A stretch of 64,000 nt of DNA from a virus, in the IMG/VR virus record IMGVR_UViG_3300046170_000289. The stretch is one strand, 5' to 3'. A program made the translations under genes and the position numbers. The notes under the pieces are model-generated. The model was not told the origin of the DNA and did no database searches. It was given only the letters and a program-made list of their open reading frames with translations. Within the stretch, counting starts at the first letter, position 1. Each line of letters begins with the position of its first letter. Positions 8,367 through 17,790 of the stretch are shown piece after piece.

Positions 8367-10480
8367 GCAATTTGATTGATAAAGGACGAGAGGATTTTCT
8401 TGTTGTTGGTCTTTGCCTTGAGAGTCTTCTTGAAGGCACGAGTGATCTGTGCCTTGGACGCATCCTCCTCTACATCAAACTCTACATCTTCATTCAACTT
8501 GTTACTCTGAATTAGAAACAATTCTTGATAACCCATCATTGGGGCAGAGGTTGACTTGTGCTTCTTGAATACATCAGCAGCACTCTTCCTCTCACCTACA
8601 GTGAGACTGTTGAAGTTTTGGATGATGTAGTTGATGTCACGGGTGCTACCAAGACGGAATCCAGTGAAGTTACACTGTGGGAAACGACCCTTCATGTAAC
8701 GCAAGAGAGTTTCAGTCATGTAGTTGCCCCACTGTGGTGAGTTGTAAGTGCGACCCGTCTTGCGGCAACGAATAGCAGACTGTGAAGGCATTGCAGAGCG
8801 ATGAATCTTACCGTCATAGGTAGACTTCACCCAGCATCCAGACCAGTTGCTCTCACCATCAGTCAAGATAGAGACGTGGCACTTCTCAACACCGTGCTTA
8901 GCAGAGAATGCAGGAATCAGAGTCTGTAGACACATAATTGCCTCATTCAGAGGGGTGCCACCAAGCATAAGGTGAGGGGGGATGCAGTCAGGGACAGGAC
9001 GCTCAGCGAATGGATTGCGGTTGCCGTAGCGTTGCTCATACATCTGAGAGACACGGTAAAGATCCCTTGCATAACGGTCAAAAGTGCTGTTATTAAGGTC
9101 ACCGTTGAGGAATTCTACAAGGTGGAAGTGCTTGGCAACATAGAAGTCATTCTCCTTACCAAGTTGCTCCTCATAGTCACGAAACTCAGCGTATGATGCG
9201 TCACTTACGAAGGCATACACACTGAATGGGATGCCAGACTTGCGACAGAAGAAGCACAGCGACAGCAGTTGCTTGAATGTGTCGTGAATAATCTCTGCCA
9301 TGGACCCAGACCAGTCTAGAAGGAAGATCAGACCGTGATTCTTGCCATCAGGGCGGATTGTAACCTTCTTAAAGAGGTCTTCATTATAAAGATACTGGTG
9401 AAGTTTAGCAGTGTCAAGCACACCTGTCTTAGAGATAGACTCGCGAGCATGTGCTGCTGCAGACTTCTTCATCTCAAACTCTTTCTGAAGATATGACACC
9501 TCACGGTTGCAATCTTTCTTGAAATTGTTGTAGTTTTGATCTGCAACAGTCCAGTCAAGCACACTGTCTGGGAATCCAGGTTGCTTATACTCAGACCAGT
9601 ATGACTGTGCTATGTCATTGACCAGTTTAGGGTCAACAATGACGTGCTTAAGGTCAACATTAGGGATCTCAAGATACCTAGTCTCATTGTGAGTGTTTTC
9701 AGTTGCAATGTCCTGCAGTGCCTCTGACAGAGACTGATCAGTCATTGCTTCTTCACTCCCACGGTTGAATGAAGGAGTGTCAAGGTCTGCATCTTGCTGT
9801 CCTTGATCAGAATCACTCTCTTGCTCCTCACCGTCATCACTTTCAGATGTAGGTTGCTCATCTTGTGCCTGCTGCTGGTCACTACCACCACCAGAATTGT
9901 TGTCTACTTCAGGAATATTAGCAATCTTTTGCTGATCTGCTTCTGCTTGCTCAAACTCTTTGATAGCGACAGCAGCATCGATAGCATCTTGGAAAGACTC
10001 TGCCTCACCTACTGCATCGCGAAGAGGAATCTCTTCAGGAGTGAAGGGCATGAAGGCATTTGCACCCAATTTGTAGTAAAGATTGATGCGATCGATCAGT
10101 TTAAGAGTCTCAGTGTTGATCTCCTTGACGCTGAAGAAATCATCCTCATGAAGTTGCTTGTATCCACCGTAGAAATCCTTGGAAATACCTGCAAATTTAC
10201 GTTTCATTAGTTTCTCAATGCGAGCATCCTCGGTCACATTGACATAAGACTTAGGGCAAGGAAGGTTGTCCAGAAGGTCACCGTCTGGAGTGAAGAGGGC
10301 GTGTCCTACTTCGTGTGCTACCAGCAGATTGAAGACAATTTCCTTAGCATTCCAGATAGGGAGGGTCAAGATTCTCTTATGCACATCGAAGGATGCTGTG
10401 CTGACTGCCCTGTGCTCGACGACGAGGTTTTCAGTGGCGAGGAGTTTGGCGAGAGTGCCTTTGACTTCTTGTACGGTCAT
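8363..10480 (-). CDS. Zincin-type metallopeptidase (HExxH) fused to a VWA domain (CobT-like MoxR partner)
   Basis: VAHEVGH and NVTEDARIE; acidic linker; MIDAS LLDWSGSM, GGTPLNEA and ILTDGES; probable start MTVQEV at 10480. Confidence 0.85.
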   Translation of the reverse strand: MTVQEVKGTLAKLLATENLVVEHRAVSTASFDVHKRILTLPIWNAKEIVFNLLVAHEVGHALFTPDGDLLDNLPCPKSYVNVTEDARIEKLMKRKFAGISKDFYGGYKQLHEDDFFSVKEINTETLKLIDRINLYYKLGANAFMPFTPEEIPLRDAVGEAESFQDAIDAAVAIKEFEQAEADQQKIANIPEVDNNSGGGSDQQQAQDEQPTSESDDGEEQESDSDQGQQDADLDTPSFNRGSEEAMTDQSLSEALQDIATENTHNETRYLEIPNVDLKHVIVDPKLVNDIAQSYWSEYKQPGFPDSVLDWTVADQNYNNFKKDCNREVSYLQKEFEMKKSAAAHARESISKTGVLDTAKLHQYLYNEDLFKKVTIRPDGKNHGLIFLLDWSGSMAEIIHDTFKQLLSLCFFCRKSGIPFSVYAFVSDASYAEFRDYEEQLGKENDFYVAKHFHLVEFLNGDLNNSTFDRYARDLYRVSQMYEQRYGNRNPFAERPVPDCIPPHLMLGGTPLNEAIMCLQTLIPAFSAKHGVEKCHVSILTDGESNWSGCWVKSTYDGKIHRSAMPSQSAIRCRKTGRTYNSPQWGNYMTETLLRYMKGRFPQCNFTGFRLGSTRDINYIIQNFNSLTVGERKSAADVFKKHKSTSAPMMGYQELFLIQSNKLNEDVEFDVEEDASKAQITRAFKKTLKAKTNNKKILSSFINQIA

Positions 10481-10488
10481 GCTTTCTT

Positions 10489-10511
10489 TGTGTATGCATC
10501 TATTATACACA
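10489..10511 (-). promoter_or_regulatory. -10 box (TATAAT) inside a TGTGTAT-N9-ATACACA inverted repeat upstream of the VWA-peptidase gene
   Basis: Read directly; matches 7816-7838. Confidence 0.6.
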
Positions 10512-10545
10512 CCCACAAGGACCCCGAAAGGGGTAGGGTGCCACT

Positions 10546-12261
10546 TTATAGACTGTCCTGCTTCATGGTGCTGAAGTCTCCGATCTTGTCGAAGGTAACC
10601 ACGGAATCAAACTTGTCCAGAAGGATGTCACCCTTGTGACTGATCACAAATAGGTTAGTCCTGTCGTCCATACCCCTCAAAATCTTCATCAATTCGTCTG
10701 TAGCAGCAGTATCAAGGGAAGAATCGAATACCTCGTCAAGGATGAGGAGATTGGTCGATGCAGAGTTTTTCATCTTGGCAATGTCACGCCAGCAAAACAG
10801 CAAAGATAGGTCAATTTTCTGCTTTTCACCCTCTGAAAACGATGCATAAGAGAATACATCACGGTAACGAGACTTGATGACTTCATTGAATTCTTCATCC
10901 AATGTGAAGTTGACAAAGAAGTCCATGGACTGCAGATATTTATTGATTAAACTGTTAAAAATAGGCACAAATTTGCTGATAACCTTACTCTTAATACCAC
11001 TGTCTCTGAGGAGAGTGGATACGATTTTCAGGTTGTCAAACTCCTTACTAACATCAGCACAACGCTCAATATTTTCAGAGAATTCTGCCTCATATTCGTC
11101 TAATTTTACCCTTTCTGCATCAATATCTGGAGTCTCTTTGTTGACCTCAGTCATGATGTTTTCATTCTCTTTAAGCAGTCGTGAGACCTGCTTATCAATG
11201 TTTAGATTATCGCTCTGCAACTCAATAATTGACTGTCCATAACCCTTTAGACTACGCAGTTTGTCATAGAGAATGCCCACCTGCTCATCGATCTTTTTAT
11301 AACCATCATTGTACTTGACACGACGTGACTCAGCGTCCACCAGTTGACGATGTTTGTGCTCTTCTTCTAGTGTTTGATCACATGTTGGGCACTTATCATG
11401 CTTGGTATAAAACTTATGATCTTTCTCTGCCTTGTTTTTATTCTGCTCGATCTTAGATCGCATGTCACGGAGACTTTCATACTTCTCCTGCACGTCAGCC
11501 TGACTACTAACACTCTGTGCTAGCACACTCATGGAGTGATCATTCTCTTGCTTGCGTGTATTCAAACTTACTATATTATCTTCGTTGTTATTAAACTTTT
11601 GGTGCAAACTTTTAATAACACCATCCTGTAATTCAGTAAGTTTATGAATGGATGCACGTTGGTGATTTAATTTTGTCTCACAAATCTCCAACACATGCTT
11701 ACATGATGTGAAATTCTCCTTATTATCCTTGACTCTATCCTTCAGGATAGTATTCATCTTGGAGAAGATTTTGATGTCCAGCAGGTCTTCTACTACCTCT
11801 CTCCTATGGGTAGCAGGAAGTTGCATGAAGGGCACAAAAGTGCTGCTACCTAGGATAACAACCTGGGTAAATGACTTATAGTTAAACTTAAGGATGCTCT
11901 GCTCAAGATACTTCTGGTAGTCCTTCTGAGCAGCATCTTGATCAAGCAGTTGTCCGTTTCTAAGGACCTTAAAAACGACTGGTTTCATGCCTCTGATGAC
12001 ATGATAGTTTACTTGACCAATAGAAAACTCAACCTCTACACAGCACTCTTTCTCATTGACGCTGTTGATCAGTTGAGACTTATTAATTTTACGAAATGGT
12101 TTATTAAATAGCACAAAGCACAGGGCATCTAACATAGTAGACTTACCTGCGCCGTTAGACCCGATAACAAGTTGCGACTTGGATTCGTTGAGAGTCATTT
12201 CCGTAAAGGTATTACCTGTGCTAAGGAAATTCTTCCAACGAATCTTTTCAAATACGATCAT
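10546..12261 (-). CDS. gp46: Recombination endonuclease ATPase subunit gp46 (Rad50/SbcC-like)
   Basis: GSNGAGKS, CPTC zinc hook, FSEGEKQKIDL signature, LLILDEVFDSSLD. Confidence 0.97.
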   Translation of the reverse strand: MIVFEKIRWKNFLSTGNTFTEMTLNESKSQLVIGSNGAGKSTMLDALCFVLFNKPFRKINKSQLINSVNEKECCVEVEFSIGQVNYHVIRGMKPVVFKVLRNGQLLDQDAAQKDYQKYLEQSILKFNYKSFTQVVILGSSTFVPFMQLPATHRREVVEDLLDIKIFSKMNTILKDRVKDNKENFTSCKHVLEICETKLNHQRASIHKLTELQDGVIKSLHQKFNNNEDNIVSLNTRKQENDHSMSVLAQSVSSQADVQEKYESLRDMRSKIEQNKNKAEKDHKFYTKHDKCPTCDQTLEEEHKHRQLVDAESRRVKYNDGYKKIDEQVGILYDKLRSLKGYGQSIIELQSDNLNIDKQVSRLLKENENIMTEVNKETPDIDAERVKLDEYEAEFSENIERCADVSKEFDNLKIVSTLLRDSGIKSKVISKFVPIFNSLINKYLQSMDFFVNFTLDEEFNEVIKSRYRDVFSYASFSEGEKQKIDLSLLFCWRDIAKMKNSASTNLLILDEVFDSSLDTAATDELMKILRGMDDRTNLFVISHKGDILLDKFDSVVTFDKIGDFSTMKQDSL

Positions 12262-12521
12262 TTATCTTGTGGTGGCGGGATAACAAATTCGTCAGTGCCA
12301 ATAACGGTGAAGCGATACCCGTATTGGCGACAGTTTTCTTTGACGGTATCTTCGTCTACCTCAGAGACCGTAAGATCACGAGGGTATTCATCTGCTTTCA
12401 ATAATACATAATAGCGTTCGGCGTCGTCCTTGTCAACAAATAACTGGACTACCCTCTCTACTGCTTCATCATCTCTAACAGCATATACTCCACCTGATTT
12501 ATTGTCAGTCAGGACAAACAT
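12258..12521 (-). CDS. Hypothetical protein (DUF3110-like)
   Basis: GGVYAV...VQLFVDKDDAERYYVLL...FVIPP; lies between gp47 and gp46. Confidence 0.6.
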   Translation of the reverse strand: MFVLTDNKSGGVYAVRDDEAVERVVQLFVDKDDAERYYVLLKADEYPRDLTVSEVDEDTVKENCRQYGYRFTVIGTDEFVIPPPQDK

Positions 12522-13546
12522 TAGACCTCCAACGCTTCTACATATAGGGACTTTAAGATACCAAAGATCTCGTCGTGGTTTTTATACTCCGAGACGCACG
12601 ATTCTAGGATAGAAAGGGTATCTTCGACCTCAATCTCTTCATCAATTTCACCCAACTCCTGAGTCATGTCTTCGACAATCTTCAGGTCGGCCAGGTCAAC
12701 CTGCTGAAGTTTCCTTACACACCGATCAAACTTAACTTGATCCTTCTTATCGCCTACGACAAGTTTAACATATGTCCCTTCCAACTGTGGGAAGGTAGAG
12801 ACATCGATGTCATCAGTATAGTAGACTTTACTGAAGGTATTATAGGGATTTGCAATGAATTCCATTGACAAATCATCTGTATTTAGGACGTGGAATCCAC
12901 GATCAAACCCATAATCATTCCAGTATAGTTGATAAGGGTTGCCAAGGTAATGAATAGGACCCTGCTGACTCTTCATGTGGTAGTGACCAGAGCATGTCAA
13001 GTCAAACTTCTCGAATGGAGAGCGGTCAATACCATGGTCCATCTTAAGACCAGGGATAACCTCAAACCCATTCAACTCAAGGTGTCCTAGGCATACAGAT
13101 GCTTTAGAGGACTTGACCTTCTTCATGATATGCTCCTGGTTTTCAGGGCAGATCCATGGTAGAAGAAGGAAACTCCTACTACCAAACTTCTTAGCAGTAG
13201 GCTCTGTAATGACTTCGATGTTGTTGTAGTCACCTAGCAACAGATCAGGTGAGTTGACCTTGATCGTATTCTTATAATAGATGTCATGATTACCCACCAG
13301 CATGGACATACGAATGCCACGCTCAGCAAGAGGATCAAACCACATCTCTCGTGCTGCTTCTAGTGAATTAAAATTCACATACTTCCGACGATCAAAGGTA
13401 TCACCTAGGCACAAGACCTGAGTAATACCTTCTTTATCGATATATGGAAGCACTACATCACGATAAAACTTTCTATAAAGTTTTTGAAAGAATTGATTGT
13501 CATTCCTTACACCAAAGTGTTGATCAGTTATCAGTAGAATTTTCAT
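12521..13546 (-). CDS. gp47: Recombination endonuclease nuclease subunit gp47 (Mre11/SbcD-like)
   Basis: ITDQHFG, LGDTFD, VGNHD and SGHYH metallophosphoesterase motifs. Confidence 0.96.
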   Translation of the reverse strand: MKILLITDQHFGVRNDNQFFQKLYRKFYRDVVLPYIDKEGITQVLCLGDTFDRRKYVNFNSLEAAREMWFDPLAERGIRMSMLVGNHDIYYKNTIKVNSPDLLLGDYNNIEVITEPTAKKFGSRSFLLLPWICPENQEHIMKKVKSSKASVCLGHLELNGFEVIPGLKMDHGIDRSPFEKFDLTCSGHYHMKSQQGPIHYLGNPYQLYWNDYGFDRGFHVLNTDDLSMEFIANPYNTFSKVYYTDDIDVSTFPQLEGTYVKLVVGDKKDQVKFDRCVRKLQQVDLADLKIVEDMTQELGEIDEEIEVEDTLSILESCVSEYKNHDEIFGILKSLYVEALEV

Positions 13547-13670
13547 TCTTCTTTCCATTCTCTAGAGCACGAAGGCGTTTCCGCCAATAACCACGGTCAT
13601 TACTATCACGGCAAGGGTTGTCCCTTTCTTGTGTGTCGTGAAGATCTTGATTTCCGTCCTTTGATGCCAT
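13524..13670 (-). CDS. Small hypothetical protein
   Basis: MASKDG...GYWRKRLRALE; coupled to its neighbours. Confidence 0.55.
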   Translation of the reverse strand: MASKDGNQDLHDTQERDNPCRDSNDRGYWRKRLRALENGKKNENSTDN

Positions 13671-13990
13671 TACAATTTTACTCCTACGGTGCTGTTTACT
13701 GTGCGTGTGTATAAGTGAAGAGTGTCCTCTTGGAGACACTTGAGATGCCATCTGGTGGTCTTAAGAATGCCTTCTTCAGTTGCACCAGTGAGGAAGTTTG
13801 CCCCTAGGGGATTCTTCAGCACACTGGTATAGAGACCAAAGCGGGTCTTCTTGATGTAGAAGGCATCATCAATCCATTCGACATCCTCGGGGATGTCCTT
13901 CTCGATTGTGGGATTAGATCCCAGCGATGTGGCAAGGGTGGACTTCTTGGTTTCCGTTGGCATGAAGTTAGTTACGCATGTTGGTTTCAA
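13670..13990 (-). CDS. Hypothetical protein (alternative start 13963)
   Basis: ORF packed between gp55 and gp47. Confidence 0.65.
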   Translation of the reverse strand: MKPTCVTNFMPTETKKSTLATSLGSNPTIEKDIPEDVEWIDDAFYIKKTRFGLYTSVLKNPLGANFLTGATEEGILKTTRWHLKCLQEDTLHLYTRTVNSTVGVKL

Positions 13991-14444
13991 TGCGACTCTT
14001 GATGGAATTCATATCAGAGTGATTGTCGTTGTCATCAGAGTGGAAGACTTGATCGTAACCATTCTTCTCGATGAGTTTATCACGGATATCCATCTGACGC
14101 TTTTCCTTAGCAATTCGTCGCAAAAATGCATAGTATACGATTTGCGTGAAATATGCAAATGGATTCTTGCTCTTAGCGGGATCGAAGTTATCGATGTATT
14201 GGACACAATTCTCTACACCATCGGAGATCATATCCTCCTTATACATGTAGTTAATAAAGTTGGGTCTATATGACAGGTGGGTGGCAATCTTCAAGAAGCA
14301 ATCCCCTAGGTAGTGAGTGATCCTAGGTTTAGGTCTGTCTTGTAGCTTGGCAGTCTCAACTGCTTCTCGATACTTGACGATCTCCACAAGAAACTTTTTA
14401 TTGTCAACGTAATGTTGTTTTTTCTTAGGAGGCATTACAGTCAT
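13968..14444 (-). CDS. gp55: Late transcription sigma factor gp55
   Basis: HYVDNKKFL, NFINYMYKEDMISDGVENC and NPFAYFTQIVYYAFLRRI motifs. Confidence 0.97.
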   Translation of the reverse strand: MTVMPPKKKQHYVDNKKFLVEIVKYREAVETAKLQDRPKPRITHYLGDCFLKIATHLSYRPNFINYMYKEDMISDGVENCVQYIDNFDPAKSKNPFAYFTQIVYYAFLRRIAKEKRQMDIRDKLIEKNGYDQVFHSDDNDNHSDMNSIKSRIETNMRN

Positions 14445-14466
14445 ATTTAATTTTTCTCACAAATGC

Positions 14467-14495
14467 ATTATAAAGGTTTGTGTCCTAGAAGTCAA
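14467..14495 (-). promoter_or_regulatory. sigma70-type promoter for gp55
   Basis: TTGACT (14495-14490), 17-nt spacer, TATAAT (14472-14467). Confidence 0.8.
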
Positions 14496-14497
14496 GC

Positions 14498-14526
14498 TTG
14501 ACAACTCTAAGAATAATCATTATACT
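14498..14526 (+). promoter_or_regulatory. Divergent sigma70-type promoter, antisense to the upstream minus-strand genes
   Basis: TTGACA (14498-14503), 17-nt spacer, TATACT (14521-14526). Confidence 0.65.
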
Positions 14527-14552
14527 CAACCATGTAAGGGTTGGAAACAATA

Positions 14553-14981
14553 CTACTTAGAGTTCTTCCACTGATCCTCTAGTCTCTTTCTCATTTCTGA
14601 GACTTTACCGACTAGACCCATGTTTTCATTCATGGGGACTCCTGGGTCCTGATCATCTTCTAGTTTGCCGTCTTTCCTCCACCACATTTTGTACATCATG
14701 ATTGCCTCGGTGGACATCGGGGCGATGGTCATGATATCTGGCTCTTGGATAATATAAAATTCTTCATCTGACCATAACATCCACTTAGTAAAACCTGCTG
14801 CTAGACCCATCTCACCATCGGGTTTCTCTATAGGGGTGAGAGTAGGTGACAGAGGGTCAGACACATACACCATTGTGCAGTTGTCTTCATTCGTGGCGAT
14901 CATGGTTCCCATAACTTCTTCACCAGACACCAACTTGACGATGCCGTAGAATTCGTTGTCGTGACGGATGTAGTTAATCAT
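14553..14981 (-). CDS. Conserved hypothetical protein, possible Sm-like fold
   Basis: IVKLVSGEEVMG motif; lies after uvsW. Confidence 0.7.
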   Translation of the reverse strand: MINYIRHDNEFYGIVKLVSGEEVMGTMIATNEDNCTMVYVSDPLSPTLTPIEKPDGEMGLAAGFTKWMLWSDEEFYIIQEPDIMTIAPMSTEAIMMYKMWWRKDGKLEDDQDPGVPMNENMGLVGKVSEMRKRLEDQWKNSK

Positions 14982-16438
14982 TGTCGTAAATTTACCTTAG
15001 TGATTTCATAATCAAATTTCTCTTCATCATAGATTTTCAATCTTTCTATGAGGTGTCGGAGAGTATAGTTGTGCCTGTTACCTCGGGAGCAGTCATCAGC
15101 AATGTCATACAACACTGCTTGTGCTTTGTTATCCCCCTTACGCAAGACACGTCCAATAGACTGGAGGTTTCTTACTCGTGATTTAGATGGACTCGCAAAG
15201 ATTACATTATGTAGGTTGCGAATGTTGATGCCTGTAGAGAATGTGCCGTAAGATGCAAGGATGATTGCATCGGTTTCCTGCTCACAGATCTTGCGAGCCT
15301 CTTCTCTTTCAACAGCATCGACACCACCATGGATAAAAAAGATCTTACGATCTTTACTCACCTTAGTATTTAGCATCTCCCATAGAGGGTCACCGTGCTT
15401 CTCGATGTAGTTGAATAGGATGAGTGTATTGCCACCTATGTCTTCTGCTAGGTTACAAATTAGGTTATTTCTCTTGGGATGTGATACTATATAATCCATC
15501 TCTTGCTGATAGGAATCGAATGGCACATGTCCATGCTGCAACAACAGACATTTTACTTTCAGTGGTGTCAGCTGTCCCTTTTTCATTAGATCGACAGTTG
15601 TGGTCACCCTATCACAGCGTCCGAATAGACCCTCCAGCACCAACTGATGACTATACATACCGTCTAATGTACCAGTCAACCCGATACGATAGCGTGCATC
15701 GTGACATTTATTCAGAATACCTGTCAGACTCTTCGCCTTATACAGGTGTGCTTCATCGCCAATGATTACATCAAATCTTTCAAAGAATTTCTTGGGCTCT
15801 TTGTATATGCTTTGCCATGTAGAGATGACTACAGGTGCTTCTACATACCTCTCCTGTCCACCCATGATCTGATGCACATACCCATCTGCATTCCACCCGT
15901 AGTCTTTGAAGTCTTGCGTTAATTGGGAGACTAGAGAGACTGTAGGCACGATGATTAGGATCTCTCGCTCCGCCTTGAGATGCCAGCGGACCAGACCATA
16001 AATGATCAGCGATTTTCCAGATCCTGTAGGCGAGAGTAGTAACTTGCGACGCTGCTTAATTGCCGTGAAAAGTGCTTTGAGTTGGTAGTCGCGAATCTTA
16101 AATGGCAATCCCAGAGATCTAACAAAAGACGCCACTGATTCTGGTGATACATAATCTTCTTCCTCGTTAGGTATGCCAAAATACTTGCTATCTTTGATAG
16201 CATATTCGTATCCCTTCTGGTCGAGATACTCTAAAAGGTAATCGTATAGACCAACATAGATCTCTCCTGTCCCTGGAGAGTACAATCTGATCTTACCGTC
16301 CCATACTTTCTTTCTATACTGTGGCATGAATTTAGCACCAGGCACTTCAAACTGGAAGTGCTCGCTTAATTCTTTATGGATGTGTTGCTCGCCTTCGACT
16401 TTGAGAAAAACTTCGTTCTTCTTCTCGATAGTAATCAT
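14978..16438 (-). CDS. uvsW: UvsW SF2 helicase
   Basis: RDYQ, SPTGSGKS, DEAH, TGT and QSIGRVLR motifs. Confidence 0.96.
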   Translation of the reverse strand: MITIEKKNEVFLKVEGEQHIHKELSEHFQFEVPGAKFMPQYRKKVWDGKIRLYSPGTGEIYVGLYDYLLEYLDQKGYEYAIKDSKYFGIPNEEEDYVSPESVASFVRSLGLPFKIRDYQLKALFTAIKQRRKLLLSPTGSGKSLIIYGLVRWHLKAEREILIIVPTVSLVSQLTQDFKDYGWNADGYVHQIMGGQERYVEAPVVISTWQSIYKEPKKFFERFDVIIGDEAHLYKAKSLTGILNKCHDARYRIGLTGTLDGMYSHQLVLEGLFGRCDRVTTTVDLMKKGQLTPLKVKCLLLQHGHVPFDSYQQEMDYIVSHPKRNNLICNLAEDIGGNTLILFNYIEKHGDPLWEMLNTKVSKDRKIFFIHGGVDAVEREEARKICEQETDAIILASYGTFSTGINIRNLHNVIFASPSKSRVRNLQSIGRVLRKGDNKAQAVLYDIADDCSRGNRHNYTLRHLIERLKIYDEEKFDYEITKVNLRQ

Positions 16439-16878
16439 CTGATTCCATAATACTTCACGATTTCGATAGTATTCTTGATAGCAAATCCACGACTGTCGAT
16501 CTGTTTAAGTATCCTATCAATACAATTTATACAAGTTTCAAGATAGTCTATTTTTTGCTGTGCTCTAGTGAGATCTGGGTCACTATCAATGTACACATTG
16601 AGGTCACCCTTTAACACCTTGAGTGCAAATGGTTTCTCTTTGTAGACTGTGGCAGGTGCTTTACCAGAATAGTATTCAAACTTCTCGCGCAGTAATACCT
16701 TGCGCTTTACCTCTGCTTCTGATAGCATCAGTTTGAATTGATTAATAAATTGCAAATACTTTGCATGGAGTCTGGGTGTTTCCATACTGTCGTTTGCCAA
16801 CAGCTCAGGTAACTCCCTGTGATCAAAGAATCTTTCAGAATCCTTTGCCCACATCTCCTCAATTTTGTCTAGATTCAT
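16435..16878 (-). CDS. uvsY: UvsY recombination mediator
   Basis: PRLHAKYLQ, EYYSGKA and RGFAIKNTIE motifs; precedes uvsW. Confidence 0.9.
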   Translation of the reverse strand: MNLDKIEEMWAKDSERFFDHRELPELLANDSMETPRLHAKYLQFINQFKLMLSEAEVKRKVLLREKFEYYSGKAPATVYKEKPFALKVLKGDLNVYIDSDPDLTRAQQKIDYLETCINCIDRILKQIDSRGFAIKNTIEIVKYYGIR

Positions 16879-17432
16879 TAAGTAAGTCGCTTATCACGGG
16901 TGTAGTTGACGGTATCCTGTATCTCAAAGCGCATGTAGTTGAAGGTAACTTGCGCCATGGCATACTCTGTGCCATCTATTGTAGCATTAAATTCTAGTGC
17001 ATTCAACCCAGTAGGAATCAGACCCTCAAACTGGACGTTGAAATTCATTTTGAAGTTACTGTTGAGCACTGACAACGTTGCGTCAGCATACAGGTCATCA
17101 TTACCAAAGAGTGCGACCATCTTGTTTCTAAAGTCACGTCTCTCTATAGTATCGTTTGGTGTGCCGAGAGCACGGATCCAGTTGTGCATGATCATATAGT
17201 TAGTCATGTCCTCATCTACAAGGAATGACAACGTAAAAGGATCGTACGTCATAAAACCCTCCAGAGGTAGTGCTCTGTAGGGTGTAGGTTGCTGTTGGAT
17301 ACCTAATGTGATCTGTGGGATATTCGCAGACTGTGCAAAGTATGCGACCTTAGGATACTTGGCAAGAGTAAACCTAAACCCAATAGGTGACAGGAAATTC
17401 CTGTTTTCAATTTGTTTATTCCACGTTGCCAT
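16878..17432 (-). CDS. gp3: Tail tube terminator / completion protein gp3
   Basis: NFLSPIGFRF, QSANIP, FLVDEDMTNY...HNW motifs. Confidence 0.88.
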   Translation of the reverse strand: MATWNKQIENRNFLSPIGFRFTLAKYPKVAYFAQSANIPQITLGIQQQPTPYRALPLEGFMTYDPFTLSFLVDEDMTNYMIMHNWIRALGTPNDTIERRDFRNKMVALFGNDDLYADATLSVLNSNFKMNFNVQFEGLIPTGLNALEFNATIDGTEYAMAQVTFNYMRFEIQDTVNYTRDKRLT

Positions 17433-17456
17433 GTGTCTTAGGATATCTTGTCCTAG

Positions 17457-17464
17457 TATTTATA
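17457..17464 (-). promoter_or_regulatory. gp55-dependent late promoter TATAAATA
   Basis: Exact T4 late consensus about 25 nt upstream of gp3. Confidence 0.8.
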
Positions 17465-17669
17465 GCAAAGTATGTATATCTAACCAAGGGAATACGGGCT
17501 CTATGACTCCAATAAGTCGAAGCAGACCCTCAGCAAAAAGTGCAAGAACAATCCAGCCAACAATGACTGAGATAATTGAAGCATTACGATTATGTCGTCG
17601 TATTGCATCATCGATCATCTCCTTGCATTTTTCCTCCGTAATGTAGTGTGATGGTTTAATCTCTGCCAT
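17460..17669 (-). CDS. Small membrane protein
   Basis: MAEIK...RHNRNASIISVIVGWIVLALFAEGLLRLIG. Confidence 0.6.
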   Translation of the reverse strand: MAEIKPSHYITEEKCKEMIDDAIRRHNRNASIISVIVGWIVLALFAEGLLRLIGVIEPVFPWLDIHTLL

Positions 17670-17790
17670 CCTCATCGTTCCTAGTCCAGAAGTCTTCCCA
17701 GTCTTTGGCATCACCTTCTGTGATATTCTTAGACTTTTCTCCACGCTCTTTGGCGTCAAGGAAGTCATCGATGAAGTCGAGGTCTTTCAT
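17656..17790 (-). CDS. 44-aa acidic hypothetical protein (not in the ORF track)
   Basis: Manual translation MKDLDFIDDFLDAKERGEKSKNITEGDAKDWEDFWTRNDEDGRD; ATGA overlap with the upstream ORF. Confidence 0.55.
   Translation of the reverse strand: MKDLDFIDDFLDAKERGEKSKNITEGDAKDWEDFWTRNDEDGRD

Noticed and set aside
10521-10534. ACCCC-GAAA-GGGGT hairpin after gp46 as a terminator
   Set aside because: No U-tract follows on the minus strand; it may be a processing or pause hairpin, but this is unsupported.
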